Notes: generated from the letters alone by a model not told the origin. A DNA stretch of 64,000 bases from an uncultured delta proteobacterium (GCA_963823335.1 CAWGLD010000003.1:96001-160000); one strand, 5' to 3'; numbered from the stretch's first letter, positions 39,681 to 51,900 are shown. Numbers and translations: made by a program.

Positions 39681-41890
39681 ATGCCTGGATTGAGTTGGTT
39701 GAAGGTAAAAACTTTTTTGACTAGGGTTGGTATTTTCTCTTCCATTATTTTTGTCCTCCATGCGGCACCCGCCATATCCGAAGAAGTATTAGATAACCCC
39801 ATCAGTTCGGACGACGAAATCGAAGCAGAACTGAAATACCTGCAGGAAGAAACCTATGTCATCACGGGCTCGCGGATTCCGCAGCTCATTGGAAAAACAG
39901 TGTATTCAATCCACGTAGTAACCGACAAAGAAATCAAACAGATGGGAGCCATTCTGTTTTTGTTGTTACAAACAAGGAGATCCAGCAGATGGGGGCGAGG
40001 TTTCTCACCGATGTTGTTCCCATCGTCCCGGGATGGCATGTATGGACCACCGGTACCGGAGAAAAGAAAATTACAGCAAATGGGGCAAATGCATTTCGCA
40101 GCGGAGAAATTATGATCATGATAAACAGCCACACCATAAATGACGGATGGACCGGGGGGGCGGGACTGCAGCATCATCTACTTTCCATAGACAACGCCAA
40201 GCGGATCGAGTTCATGTCTGGGCGCGGGTTCTGCTGTATATGGGTCCGGTGCATTCGGAGGCGTCATCAACATCATCACCAAGGAAGCGGAAGATGTGGA
40301 CGGTCTCGAGGCCAAGATCATCGGTGGCAGTTACGACACCCGGCAAGCCAATATTCTTTTTGGCAAATCAATCAAAGCACTGGAGATCGCAGCCAATCTC
40401 AATCTTTATGAGACCGACGGCTTTGATGGTAAGGTAAATGCCGATGCGCAAACGCAATTTGGATGAACTTTGGGGAACGGGTGCATCGCTTGCGCCCGGT
40501 AATATGAAAGGCGATGTGGAAAAGTGGGATGGCCAGCTCACATTGAAGTTCAAAGGTTTGACATTCGACGGCAGATACACGGATTCCCACGCAGATTTTC
40601 CGGTTGGAACTTGGATCGTATGCTCTGGATGACGAATCTGATTGGGACACTGAGAATTATTATCTGAATCTCAGCTACGAGGCCAACCCGTGGGAGGGAT
40701 TGAATCTTCTAACCAAGATCTATAGAAACCACTATGATTTTTCTGTTTATTCGCAAGTGCGCCGCAGCCGGTGCTGTTGTCAGATGACGCCCACAGGTCC
40801 AGTGGTTTTGCAGGAAGCTACCATTGTAAAGCCATATTATAAGACCAATCGAACGGGTATTGAAAGCCAGATCAGCTACGAAATCACGGATACCCACACA
40901 ATGGTCGCAGGCGTCATGTATGAGCAAATGAAATTCTATGATGCCAATATTGAGGCGAATTTTGCGCCGACGCGAACTCCTGGAGTTATAGAACCTCTTC
41001 CCGATTTTCAGGATTTTCCAGACTGAGCGCAATTATCGACAACCCTAAGGAAGGAAATTTTAAGGCCGATCTTTTGGGAAGATGTCTGGGATATGCGAGA
41101 TGATCTTCGTTTCAACGTCGGCTGTCGTTATGATGATTACAGCGACTTTGGTGACGCAGTGAGCCCTCGTGCTGGATTGAACTGGGAATTTATCGGAAAA
41201 TCTTCAGATAAGAATACATCTATGGCCGCGCTTTTCGTGCACCTTCACTCGAGGAGCTGTTATGAGCCAACCTGGGGTAGCACGGATCTGGATGCCACAA
41301 CCGTTGACACGTACTCGCTAACTTTTAATGGTCAGTCTTATACCTTCTTTTAGTGGTGAAATTAGCTCTTATTATTGCAAGACTAAAGACTATATCAGTT
41401 TACGATCCATCGACACTTAAGCTTGAAAATCTCGACGAAGCAAGATCACGAGGTTTAAAAATGAAATTGAAATATGATTTTGGAAGAGGAACCTACATTG
41501 CCGCAAACTATGCATACATAGACTCTGAAAACCTGGACACAGGAGAGTCTAACTGGACAATCCCTGCCCATATGGGATTCGATAATGACAAACATACGCC
41601 TGAACCGCTATCTGAACTGGAATGCCCACTGTATATATCGAGGGCGGATGGTCCCGAGGGAAGGATGATTCCAAGAAATGACATGTCGGATTATACGGTT
41701 GTCAATACCACGCTGATTGCAGAAAATTCCTCAAGAGAATTTGAGGGTCTCGAACTGGCTGTAACGGTCAACAACCTGTTTGATGAGGATTATTCGTCGC
41801 CCACCTCTAACGTACCGATAAACAGATCTTCCCGACGATCTTCCCATGCCGGGGAGGAACTTCTTATTCGAATTGAGATACACATACTAA
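39681..41890 (+). pseudogene. TonB-dependent receptor, multiply frameshifted and chimeric
   Basis: Plug motifs (VITGSRIPQ, IDNAKRIEF..G, GGVINIITK), barrel motifs (G.RYDDYSDFG..SPRAGL, VNNLFDEDY) and the C-terminal PGRNF segment are spread over several frames. Confidence 0.8.
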
Positions 41891-41928
41891 AAATAAAATC
41901 ACACCTTGATTTTATTTGGAGGTGAATC

Positions 41929-43570
41929 ATGCTGATAGCGGTCATCCCAAAAGTGAAATCTTTTTTGGTCGTGATGGGTGTATTCTCCTCAATTGTGTTT
42001 CTCCTTTCTCCCGCATCGATTGTTGCACTAGAAGCACCAACGCCTGCCATCGATCCGGACGAAGACATCGAAGCGGAATTGAAATACCTGCAGGAAGAGA
42101 CCTATGTCATCACGGGCTCCCGGATTCCGCAGCAGATCGAAAAGACAGCCCATTCGGTCTTTGTCGGTAAACGAAAAAGAGATTCTGCAAATGGGTGCGC
42201 GATTTCTCGTTGATGTAATCCCCATCGTACCGGGTTGGCATCTTTTTACGAATTATGGGAAATTGGATATGATTCTCGTCCGTGGTGCTGGTCTGAGTTG
42301 GGGTTCGGATGTTCTTGTCATGATAAACAGCGCGTATTTCCGTGAAGCCGGAGCTGCGTACCGTCTGATCTCCCTTGACAATGTCAAGCGAATCGAATTT
42401 GTCTCGGGCCCGGCATCTGCCAGTTATGGCTCCAATGCTACCAGCGGTGTCATCAATATCATCACCAAAGAGGCGGATGATGTGGATGGCTTGGAAGTGA
42501 GTGTTCGCAGCGGCAGTTATGATACGCGCCAGACCAACATTCTGCTTGGCAAGTCCATCAATGATCTGGAGGTCACAGCCAATTTCAACTACTTCGAGAC
42601 GGGCGGTTACGACGGCCGTATTAAAGAAGATGCCCAGACACCTTTGGACGCGCATCCGGTACGGATGCGTCATTGGCCCCTGGCAAAATAAAAGGAGATG
42701 CCGATAGATATGATGTCCAAATGGCCTTAGCGTACAAAGATCTCAAATTTGAAGGAAAATATTACAATCACCAATACGAGTACCCGCTGGCTAATCCGCG
42801 CAATATACTGGATGATAAATCTGAAATTGAGTGGAATAATTATTATTTGAATTTCGTCTACGACACAACCTTGTGGGAAGGGTTTGATTTTCTGACAACG
42901 CTTACTAGAAAACACTCTGAATTCGACGAATTGTCTCAAATTTACCCTGAACGTTCAGCAATTGGTACACCTGCAGGAGGTGTAATCCTATCAGAGCCCT
43001 TATATAGTGGGTGGACGGGAAAATGGGATATTACGATAGTTGAATCCCAGGCCACGATCGAACACACCGCTACCAATACGTTTGTTGCCGGGGTTTTCTA
43101 TAGTAAGGTCAAAAATGCAGACTGGAACAATGAGGGAAATTATATACCAACAGACAACCCATTGATAGTGATACCGATTTCATCGTTTCAGGATTTCCCC
43201 GATGAATATAATTGGGAGGATTCATGGGACATGACCACAAAGGCATTTTTTTTCGAAGATGTTTGGGACGTTCAAAAAAACCTGCGAATCAATCTGGGTG
43301 TTCGATACGACAAATCTAGCGACTTTGGTGATGAATACAGTCCCTTCGCAGGGCTGAACTGGCAGTTTGCGGAACATTATTATGTAAAAATGAACTACGG
43401 CCACGCATTCCGTGCGCCAATATATACGGAGCTCTACCATCCTGTAATTGGTAACGATGATCTCGATCCTGAGATAGAGGATTCCTATGAATTGGGAAAA
43501 TGGTGGACTACCCGACGACTTCCCCATGCCTGGCAGGAACTATATGTTTGAATTGCGGTATCATTATTAG
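41929..43570 (+). pseudogene. Second TonB-dependent receptor paralog, frameshifted, with internal deletion
   Basis: Same N-terminal motif EAELKYLQEETYVITGSRIPQ; plug RIEFVSGPASASYGSNATSGVINIITK; jumps from EDSYELG to the C-terminal DFPMPGRNYMFELRYHY-stop. Confidence 0.8.
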
Positions 43571-43634
43571 GAATAGAATCTTTGGAGAAATTTTATAATA
43601 CGCGACGGTGTCGCTTTAACAAAGAAACCTTCAG

Positions 43635-45530
43635 ATGAAAGATCTACAAAGCATAGAAACAGATTCGAGCACTGTGCGTTGGAGCATCAAGTGGAAGCTC
43701 ATGACGCTTATTACCACCCTGGTGCTCAGCCTCGTGACAATTCTATCCTATGCCCAGATTTCCTCTCAAAAAAGAACCCTGGAAAAAGAACTGGAAAATC
43801 GGGTTGCGCTCATGAAAGCAAACCTTATCGAGCGCGGGAAGGGTTTTGCTATCAGCCTTTCTCAACAGGTTGAAAACGATCTTGCCGGCATGAACCTTTC
43901 GGGTGTCATGGAAGCGATCCTTCAGAGTACGGAAGAAAACAATGAGATCAAATATGCCATTCTGATGGAGTCTAATGGAGAGGTTTTTCTCCATACAACC
44001 AGAAACGAACTGATTAAAACCAAGCTGACCGGGAAAAACGATCTGTGGGCCATCCATCAGAGAACAATCGCGGTAAGCTCTTATAAAGACGACAATCAAG
44101 AGGTCATCGAAATCGTCAATCCCTTGCAGATCAGTACCGAACCCTGGGGTATCCTTCGAATCATTTATACACTGAATATTTTGGAATCCGAAATAATACG
44201 ATCACGGAAACAGATTCAAAATGAAATCAAGCAAGATGATCTATCGATCCATCCTGATGTCTATGGGATTTCTTGCCGTATGTCTTGTGATTGTATTTTT
44301 CCTTTCCACAAGGGTGTCGAAGCCTCTTATCAGGCTCACGGAATCGGCCAGAAAGCTCTCAAAGGGCGATTTCTCCGTGTCATCGGATATCCTGATCCAG
44401 TCGAAAGACGAAGTGGGGGTGCTGGGCAAAAGCTTTTTCAAGATGAGCAAGGATTTGGAGAGTTCATACAAAAGCCTGGAAGAATACAGCAACAGGTATC
44501 GCGCCTTGTTCGAGTATTCTCCTGCTTCTCTGTGGGAGGAAGATTTTTCAGAGGTCAAGACTTATCTGGATGGGCTGCAGATGAAGGATATTCATGGCTT
44601 CAGAAAATATTTTGGAGAACATCCGGAAGCGCTTCGTCAGTGTACGAGTTTGATAAAAATCCTGGATGTAAATGAGTCAACACTGGAGCTCTATGGCGCG
44701 GAGAGCAAGGATGTGTTCATGCAAAATATAGACAAGATTCTGGCTGAAAAATCCCACGAGATTTTTGAAGAACAGGTTTTGAGCATGGCTGAAGGAAAGC
44801 CGTTTGAAATTCAATGTATCAACAAGACCCTGACAGGCAAGGAACTGAATGTTGCCATGAAAGCCTCCATACCCCCGGGGTATGAAGAGACCTGGTCGAA
44901 GGTGCTTGTTTCCGTAAATGACCTGTCAGAGCGGGCGCGGGCCGAGTTTCTCAAAGATATGTTTGGCCGATATCTTTCCGAGGAAGTCACCAGTACGCTT
45001 CTTGAAAATCCGGACATGGTGAAGCTTGGGGGTGAAAAACGGCGTGTCACCATTATGATGTCGGACCTGCGGGGATTCACAGCGCTCGCGGAACGTCTTG
45101 AACCGGAGCAGGTCGTGCAGATCCTGAATGCCTATTTTGAAGTCATGGTGGATGTGCTGCTGAAATACAATGCCACCATCAACGAAATCATCGGCGATGC
45201 GCTCCTGGTTCTATTTGGTGCTCCCCAGGAAATGCCTGACCGGGCAGAACGTGCCATTGCCTGTGCGATTGAAATGCAGAACGCCATGGCAAGGGTCAAT
45301 GAACACAACAGGTCGCAGGGATTGCCTGAAATAGAGATGGGAATCGGCCTCAATGATGAGGAAGTGATAGTCGGCAATATCGGATCCAGCAAAAGAAGTA
45401 AATACGGTGTTGTCGGAAGCGGCGTGAACATGACCAGCCGAATAGAATCTTACAGCGTTGGTGGACAGATTTTGATATCCGATTCGGTAAGGAAAGAGGC
45501 GGGTGACATCTTTACCGGGCGGCTGTACCC
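43635..45530 (+). pseudogene. Membrane HAMP/PAS class III adenylate/guanylate cyclase, one frameshift near 44229, 3'-truncated
   Basis: ORF 43635..44675 (TM plus periplasmic domain) and ORF 44221.. (TM, HAMP, SDLRGFT, IGDAL..FGAP, YGVVGSGVN.TSRIE) join if one A is removed from GAAATCAAGCAAG; the C-terminus runs into a family A element. Confidence 0.8.
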
Positions 45531-45604
45531 GAACCGCAATAGCGAGCGCATTCCCCGTAGGTTCCGCCGTTCGGCAGTGCTTCGCATACTGCGGGGTTCT
45601 TCAA
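45531..45604. mobile_element. Mini-element family A, short form
   Basis: Homologous to 10643-10718. Confidence 0.85.
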
Positions 45605-45650
45605 TATTTTTTCATTCAATATTGGACGTTCGATGTTCGATGTTGGACGT

Positions 45651-47282
45651 TCATTTATTATCATCAAGTATCCAAGAAGATGAGCGCACAAGCATCATCA
45701 TCCCCACCGTCTGAAGTCCCGACAGCAGCACAAAATAGAAAATCCAGGCCGGCACCCCCAGAAACATCGGCGCAGCACGATTCCAGGCCCAGAAATCCAT
45801 TCCCAGGATGAAGATTCCCATGAATATATATACGTAGCGATTGGAAATCCATGCGGGGATAGACACGACCAGACGCCCTTCCTGCTGCATCTTCACGGTA
45901 TGGACCGCCATGTACACGGCAAAGGTTGCCAGCATGACCCATACAACGGGCAGTACAGCGCCCCCCGTCAACACCTTGAAATAGAAAAGCAGCATGACAC
46001 CTTCACCGACCAGAATCGACAGGATGGCTGCCGCTGAATAGACCCGTTTGAGGTACAATCCGAACAGGACCGTCGGAAACAGGACCGCCAATCCTGTAAA
46101 AGTCTGGGTGGCGATCTGCAGAATGGTCGCCGGTGGTTTCAGGGCCAGCAGTAATCCGGCAATACTCAAAAATATCACAAACACACGTCCGCTGATACTG
46201 GTCTGGGTTTTGGGCCTACCCATCAAAGGAAGAATATCCCGGCTGAAGATGGAGCTCATGGTCAACAGCTGAGAGTCCATGGTGGACATCAGGGCGGCCA
46301 GACCGGCAGCCAACACGAGGGCGGCCATGAAATCACCTGAAATCAGGGTCAGCATCATGGGCAGGATACGGTCCGCCTCTTTGGCGGCCAGGTCTGGAAA
46401 CGACAGGTGACCCATGACCCCCACCGAGATGGGCAGAAAGAATACCAGGGTGCAGATAAACGGGTAAAAGAGCATGGTTCTGGCGATGACATTCGGATTT
46501 TTTGCGGTGAAGAAGCGCTGAAAAAGCTGCGGGAACATGGGATCGCAGAAAAACCACAGCATGATATAGCTGAACCAGATGCCATAGGTGTATTTTCCGG
46601 TAATGCCCGGTCGCGAGAACAATTCCGGGCTTGAAGAGAATAGTTTCTGATGTGCTTCCACAAAGCCACCGTGGTGGTTGGCGACAATTATCAGTGAAGC
46701 CAGAAGCAGCAAAAACATGACCAGCCCCTGAAACATGTCGGTCCAGGCAACGGCTCGGAGCCCGCCCCGAAGCGTGTAGAGAACGATAATGACCGTTACC
46801 AGAAGACAGCCATAGACATAGGGCAGACCGATGAGCGCTTCCAGGGCATACCCGGCGGCCATGGGTTGTAATGCCAGGTAGGGTATGGTGAAGACGATCA
46901 TGACCGATGCAAAAATAAACGAGAGGGTGGGGCTGTGGTATAGTGTCAGGACGAGTTCCGGTGGTGTGACAATGCCGTGATTTTTGCCCAGTTCCCAGAT
47001 TTTTCTGCCAAGGATCCAGAAGGTCAGGGCCATGAAGCCCGTCCCGAAACCCATGATGGGGAAAAAAGCGTACCCGTCCCGGTAACCGGCGCCGGATGTT
47101 CCAAACACGGTAAAGGCCGAGAAATTGGTTGCCACCATGGTGCCCAGAAGAATCAGTGTGCCGAACTGACGATCGGCTAAGAAATAGGTTTCCGGGGGCG
47201 ATTTGAGCTTTGTCCTTGCAATGAAGCCGATACAAAGAATTATCAGAAAGTAAGCCACGAGTACGGAAATTTTGACGACCAT
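45651..47282 (-). CDS. Sodium:solute symporter family protein
   Basis: YFLADR, ATNFSAFT, YTLRGGLRAVAWTD and AALMSTMDSQLL motifs; 13 or more TMs. Confidence 0.92.
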   Translation of the reverse strand: MVVKISVLVAYFLIILCIGFIARTKLKSPPETYFLADRQFGTLILLGTMVATNFSAFTVFGTSGAGYRDGYAFFPIMGFGTGFMALTFWILGRKIWELGKNHGIVTPPELVLTLYHSPTLSFIFASVMIVFTIPYLALQPMAAGYALEALIGLPYVYGCLLVTVIIVLYTLRGGLRAVAWTDMFQGLVMFLLLLASLIIVANHHGGFVEAHQKLFSSSPELFSRPGITGKYTYGIWFSYIMLWFFCDPMFPQLFQRFFTAKNPNVIARTMLFYPFICTLVFFLPISVGVMGHLSFPDLAAKEADRILPMMLTLISGDFMAALVLAAGLAALMSTMDSQLLTMSSIFSRDILPLMGRPKTQTSISGRVFVIFLSIAGLLLALKPPATILQIATQTFTGLAVLFPTVLFGLYLKRVYSAAAILSILVGEGVMLLFYFKVLTGGAVLPVVWVMLATFAVYMAVHTVKMQQEGRLVVSIPAWISNRYVYIFMGIFILGMDFWAWNRAAPMFLGVPAWIFYFVLLSGLQTVGMMMLVRSSSWILDDNK

Positions 47283-47317
47283 GAATACACCTTTTTTGTT
47301 CAGAAAAGAAAAAGATC

Positions 47318-47424
47318 TTTTATACCGCTTGTCATAATAATGTTCCGAAAATAGGATGGCGGCAAAAGGGGTTGTAGCAGAAAAAAGGTCCTCAATCGGA
47401 ACGTTTTTCTGACAACCCCTATAT
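47318..47424. mobile_element. 107-bp repeat family E, second copy
   Basis: Matches 30863-30969. Confidence 0.85.
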
Positions 47425-47573
47425 CACGAAATCACGAAAGGTCGAAACCACGAAAATGACCATGAACCGCAAATCCAATCGAGATTCATGTAATCGATAT
47501 TCGATTTTATAGCCCGCTTTGATGGGGCGTCTTGAGCCCACCCATCGCACGGATATCTATTGGTTTGTCCCAT

Positions 47574-47608
47574 AAAAAAACCACCCCGGACAAAGGCCGG
47601 GATGGTTT
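47574..47608 (-). terminator. Probable intrinsic terminator
   Basis: GC-rich hairpin ACCACCCCGG/CCGGGATGGT followed on the minus strand by a T7 tract, downstream of 47706..47924. Confidence 0.6.
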
Positions 47609-47705
47609 GGTAGAACCTGACATAACCTATGATAAGAACGCTATATTATGGACGAATTACCGCTCGGGCTGATTTATGTCAAGATAAATCAGCGTCAATA
47701 TGTTT

Positions 47706-47924
47706 CTATCGGTAATTCTCAGCGGTTTTTACGAAACTTTCAAAATCCTTTTCAAGCAGAAAGCGTGAAATCATTTCGCTGACCTTGTCCGCCGTGTCAA
47801 CCGTGTAATGCCCCTTTTCATTTCTGCCTGAAAGCTGTTTGGCGTTCTCGACGATGGCTTTCAAAGAAGCGGTGGTCATCTCGACGACCACATTGACGGT
47901 GATTGTATCCTCAGACTGGGGCAT
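47706..47924 (-). CDS. Small hypothetical protein
   Basis: 72-aa ORF with AAGGAG Shine-Dalgarno. Confidence 0.7.
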   Translation of the reverse strand: MPQSEDTITVNVVVEMTTASLKAIVENAKQLSGRNEKGHYTVDTADKVSEMISRFLLEKDFESFVKTAENYR

Positions 47925-47984
47925 GCTGGGGTCTCCTTGGATTCTGGTATTGACACGAATTGTGGCTGTGTCAAAATTAACATA

Positions 47985-48152
47985 GAAGCCATCTCAAAAA
48001 TAGGATTTTGGTTCCCCGCAAAAAGAGCGGGATCTTCGTCAAAGTCAAGGCGGATCCAAGTTTCAACCCGCAGGCATACTCAAGTATGTTGAGGACTTGA
48101 AACGAGGGTCCAACGCAGAAATTGGGCCAAAGGACATTTTTGAGATAGCTTC
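47985..48152. mobile_element. 168-bp MITE with 17-bp terminal inverted repeats
   Basis: GAAGCCATCTCAAAAAT ... ATTTTTGAGATAGCTTC (16/17 match); internal hairpin CATACT-CA-AGTATG. Confidence 0.8.
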
Positions 48153-48230
48153 AAATACGCTTTCTCGTACATCGTAGTTTACAGAAGATCAAGTGAGAAT
48201 CGAACCGTCAGGATATAAGGGCCTGGAAAA

Positions 48231-48872
48231 ATGACCGACTATCAGCACGAACAGATGGAAGCTCTGGAACTGGTAACTGGATACCTGTCAGGATTAAAGA
48301 CGGCGGACATGGATGTACTGAAGCAGAAACTGGCAGACTACCTGTGCTTTCGAAGGGATGTAGATGTTTTTTTGTCCACCCATTTCGGTGATATCTGCAA
48401 GGAAACCTGTTATCAAAGCAAGCTGAGCGCCTGTTGTACCCGGGAGGGTATCATTACCTTTTTTGCCGATGTGGTTGTCAATGTGATCATGTCCGATGAA
48501 ACAAACATACAGGACCTGTTCTCTGTCCTGCGTTCACCCCAGGAAGGATCCAAATGTATCTATCTGGGAGAGCGAGGATGCTTGTGGGCGGTGAAACCAC
48601 TGGTCTGTGAAATGTTTCTCTGCAAAAAGGCCGAAGATGAAGTGCTGAAAACTGACCAGGATCTCCTGAACGAATGGCAATCGTTGAAGGATCGCGAAAA
48701 GACTTTCCGGTGGCCGGACCAGAGGGTTCTCTTCGATGAACTGGAGCAGTTGTTTCTGGATGCCGGGCATACGTCTTCGCTGATGTATCTGCACAACAGC
48801 CCAGGATTGTTGAGGGTTAAGAGAGAAGGGTTGGAGGGTGAGCTGACGCAGGGTTCGAGGGTCCGAGGGTGA
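48231..48872 (+). CDS. Cys-rich metal-binding protein (YkgJ/CxxCxxCC-like)
   Basis: CKETC...ACC, CIYL...GC and P.VC..F.C motifs; the C-terminus runs into a repeat cluster. Confidence 0.7.
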   Translation: MTDYQHEQMEALELVTGYLSGLKTADMDVLKQKLADYLCFRRDVDVFLSTHFGDICKETCYQSKLSACCTREGIITFFADVVVNVIMSDETNIQDLFSVLRSPQEGSKCIYLGERGCLWAVKPLVCEMFLCKKAEDEVLKTDQDLLNEWQSLKDREKTFRWPDQRVLFDELEQLFLDAGHTSSLMYLHNSPGLLRVKREGLEGELTQGSRVRG

Positions 48873-48998
48873 TACAAGGGTTGGAGGGTGATACAAGGGT
48901 TGGAGGGTGATACAAGGGTCCGAGGGTGATATAAGGGTTGGAGGGTGGCCGACAGCCTATCCCCTCCGACCCTTCAAACCTCCACCCCTCCAACCCTT
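48826..48998. repeat. Family D cluster with 19-bp tandem unit (GAGGGTGATACAAGGGTTG, about 4 copies) and inverted arm
   Basis: Direct reading; lies between convergent genes. Confidence 0.8.
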
Positions 48999-48999
48999 T

Positions 49000-51900
49000 C
49001 TAGGCCAGATGCGGCTTGAAGGCTCTGTACAAAGATACATCCATGATGGCCTCGTAGCCCTTCAGTTCTGCCACCACGCGGCTTTCAGCATCGATCAATG
49101 TAAAATCACCTGTCATCTTGTGATCCGTAAGGTCCGTGACACGCAGCTCGGCCATCACCCCGTCCGGGGGAAATGCCGTGCAATATTGCCGGTAATGCCT
49201 GCAGTAGCTTGGCAATGAAACCGTACCGGTTTCTTCATAGCACCAGAGCGTCGCGAGTTGAAAGGCACAATCCAGGGCAAGGGGATCGCTGAGCCAGGTG
49301 CTCCTCAGGGGCTCCTTGACCCAGGTTTCCGGCGCCGGCGCCGAGGATATCTTTGCAGATATGCCCCAGGATGAGCAGTCTGTGATTTCCTTGATTCCCC
49401 GCAAAGCCAGACCGTGAAACAGGATTTTGTCATAAACTTCTTCCATGCTGCGGGCATATACCTTGGTGGGCTTTAAGCGGGTCGACTCAAATATGGGCGC
49501 AGCGGGAAGCGTGTCTGTCAATATGGCTTTTGCCCTCGAGTGAATGACGTCCTTTCCCTCGAGAACACCGTCCCGCAATTCGACACCGACTTCGAAGAGA
49601 GAGCCCTTGCGGTCGGCTTTTCCGGCAAAGAGACGGATCAGTTTTTTCTGTTGTTCGAGTTTAATGCCCTTCAGTATTCGCATGTCATCGATCCCGTGCA
49701 GCAACAGCCCGGGGTTGCCGTGCAGGGCGCCATGTCCAAACCATTCCGTTATGAGGGCAAAGGGAACAACCGGCTTGCCATCCAGTATGTGCGCATCCAG
49801 AATCGGATGGTTGGTGGTATCGATTTCGCGTTTGAAGGACAGTGACATCGGTGGCGACGGATCCTGCCGGTCTGGTGGCTGGTCATCCATTTTCAGGGTT
49901 TTGGTGATGACCTGGTCGGGCAGTGCCGAGCCCACAACGACTTCAACCGGATGTATGCCTGCCTGGCTCATCTCGAGCAGCATGCAGCGGGCACCGGCTT
50001 CCACTGGAATCAGCGCGATCCCGCTTTTCCGAAATTCTCGTTTCAGACCCGGTGTAACCATGCCGCCATCCCAGGGGCCCCAGTTGACGGCGATGACCCG
50101 ACAGTCTTTCCGTTGTCGAACTTCCCTGCGACAGATCTTGTTCAGGGCTTCATTGGCCATGGCATAGTCCGCCTGGCCTTTGTTGCCGAAACGTGCCGCT
50201 ACAGAAGAGAATACAACGATATATTTCAGTGGATCCGATGCGGCAGCGTCCATGAGGGCCCGAAATCCAACGACCTTCGTTTTGTATACCCGCTTGAACT
50301 GCTCCAGGGTTTTGTCTTGGATGAGACGATCCTCGATAACACCCGCGCCGTGTATGATGGCGCGGATGGGACCTAGTGATTCTCGGACACGTTGAAACAG
50401 GGGCGTTACAATGTCGGCATCTCTGATATCAGCACTTTCGTATTGGACCGTGGATCCTGTTGCAGTGAGTTTTTGAAGCGTCGCCGCAACCTCTCTGCTT
50501 CCCATGTGTCGTCTGTATGACATTTCAATGTCTTTCGGAGAAGCACCATTGTTGTTGAACTCGTTGGCAAGAATCGCCTTTTTAATTTCCGATTCTTTTT
50601 CAAGTCCATCCAGCCATACCGGCTCCGGGGCAGGCATGGGAGATCTTCCCAGGAGAACGAACGACAAGGGTACCTGTTCGGCAAGTGCAATGGCTGCCGC
50701 GGCGGTCACGCCCCTGGCACCACCGGTGACAACTACCACATCGCCAGGGTCAAACACCAACTCGATGTTGACATCCTTATCGTAGGGAAACGGCGTAAGT
50801 TCCAGGGTATAGCGGTTTTCACCGTCGAGCCCGACCTCGACACTGTCACGGGTTTGTTTTCCAAGAACTTCCGCAGTGATTCTCTGCGCGATTTCCGTTA
50901 CATCCATCCAGGCGGGATCGAGATCCAGTGCTCTACAGACGACACCGTCCCATTCAATGGCGGCTGTCTTTACCAATGCGGCCAAACCACCGGATACAGG
51001 ATTTTCAAGATCTTTGTCTCTGAAACCGAAGGCACCGTCGAGCCGTGTGATGGCAGCAAACAGGGTCAAGCCCGTCTGGGCATTGCGGGTCAGAGACGGC
51101 CCAAAAAAATGGGCCAGTTGAAATGCAGTCTCAAGGTATGTGTCGTCTGCACGGTCATCAGCATCATGAGAACCCTCAAGAATGATCAGTCCTCCAGCAT
51201 TGGAGATGTCCGATGAACCGTTCAGAATATCGTCAATTTCCGATAGCGGTCTATGGGATGCTTGAATGCCATGGGCCGTAAACGTGTCAACGAGGGCTTG
51301 CCCGAGATGTGACGAATCACCGATAATGTATACGTGCCTGTCAGCCGGTATCGTTTCAAGTGTGACTCGGGACAGCGGTCTGTTTTTAATGGTCACCCTG
51401 TGTCGTTCAATGTCGGAAAATGATGAAACCCCATAGTCGGGTGAGGAAGGTTTTTCAAATGTTTCTGCTGATTGAACAGGCCTGGGAGGGCGTGCTGTCT
51501 CCTGCGTGGCCATATCGGTTTTTTCTGCGCCTGACGTCAGATACGTGCATATCTGTCCCAGGGTTTTCAAACTGCCCATGATGTCAGGCGTCACCTGGGG
51601 GAGTCCCGGAAGTCGATCTTCAAGGGTGGAAAGTATTTCGACCCTCTTGATGGAGTCAATACCCAGATCCGCCTCGATATCCATGTCCAGTCCCAGCATG
51701 TCCGTTGGATAGCCAGTCAATTCGCTGACGATTTGGATCATTGTTCTTCGGACATTGTCGGTATTTTCGTCTGATGGTTGCTCTATCTGTCCCGGATCTT
51801 GTGAGCTTTCGGGCGTGTGGGTATTTCCCACAGGGTGTGCTTCAGAGGTGCCGCCCAGGGCGTCCACGATTTGTGCCAGGGTTTTGAGACTGCCCATGAT

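Noticed and set aside
44220-44235. Programmed ribosomal frameshift in the cyclase
   Set aside because: No slippery heptamer; the site lies in the region dense with indels, so sequencing error or decay is simpler
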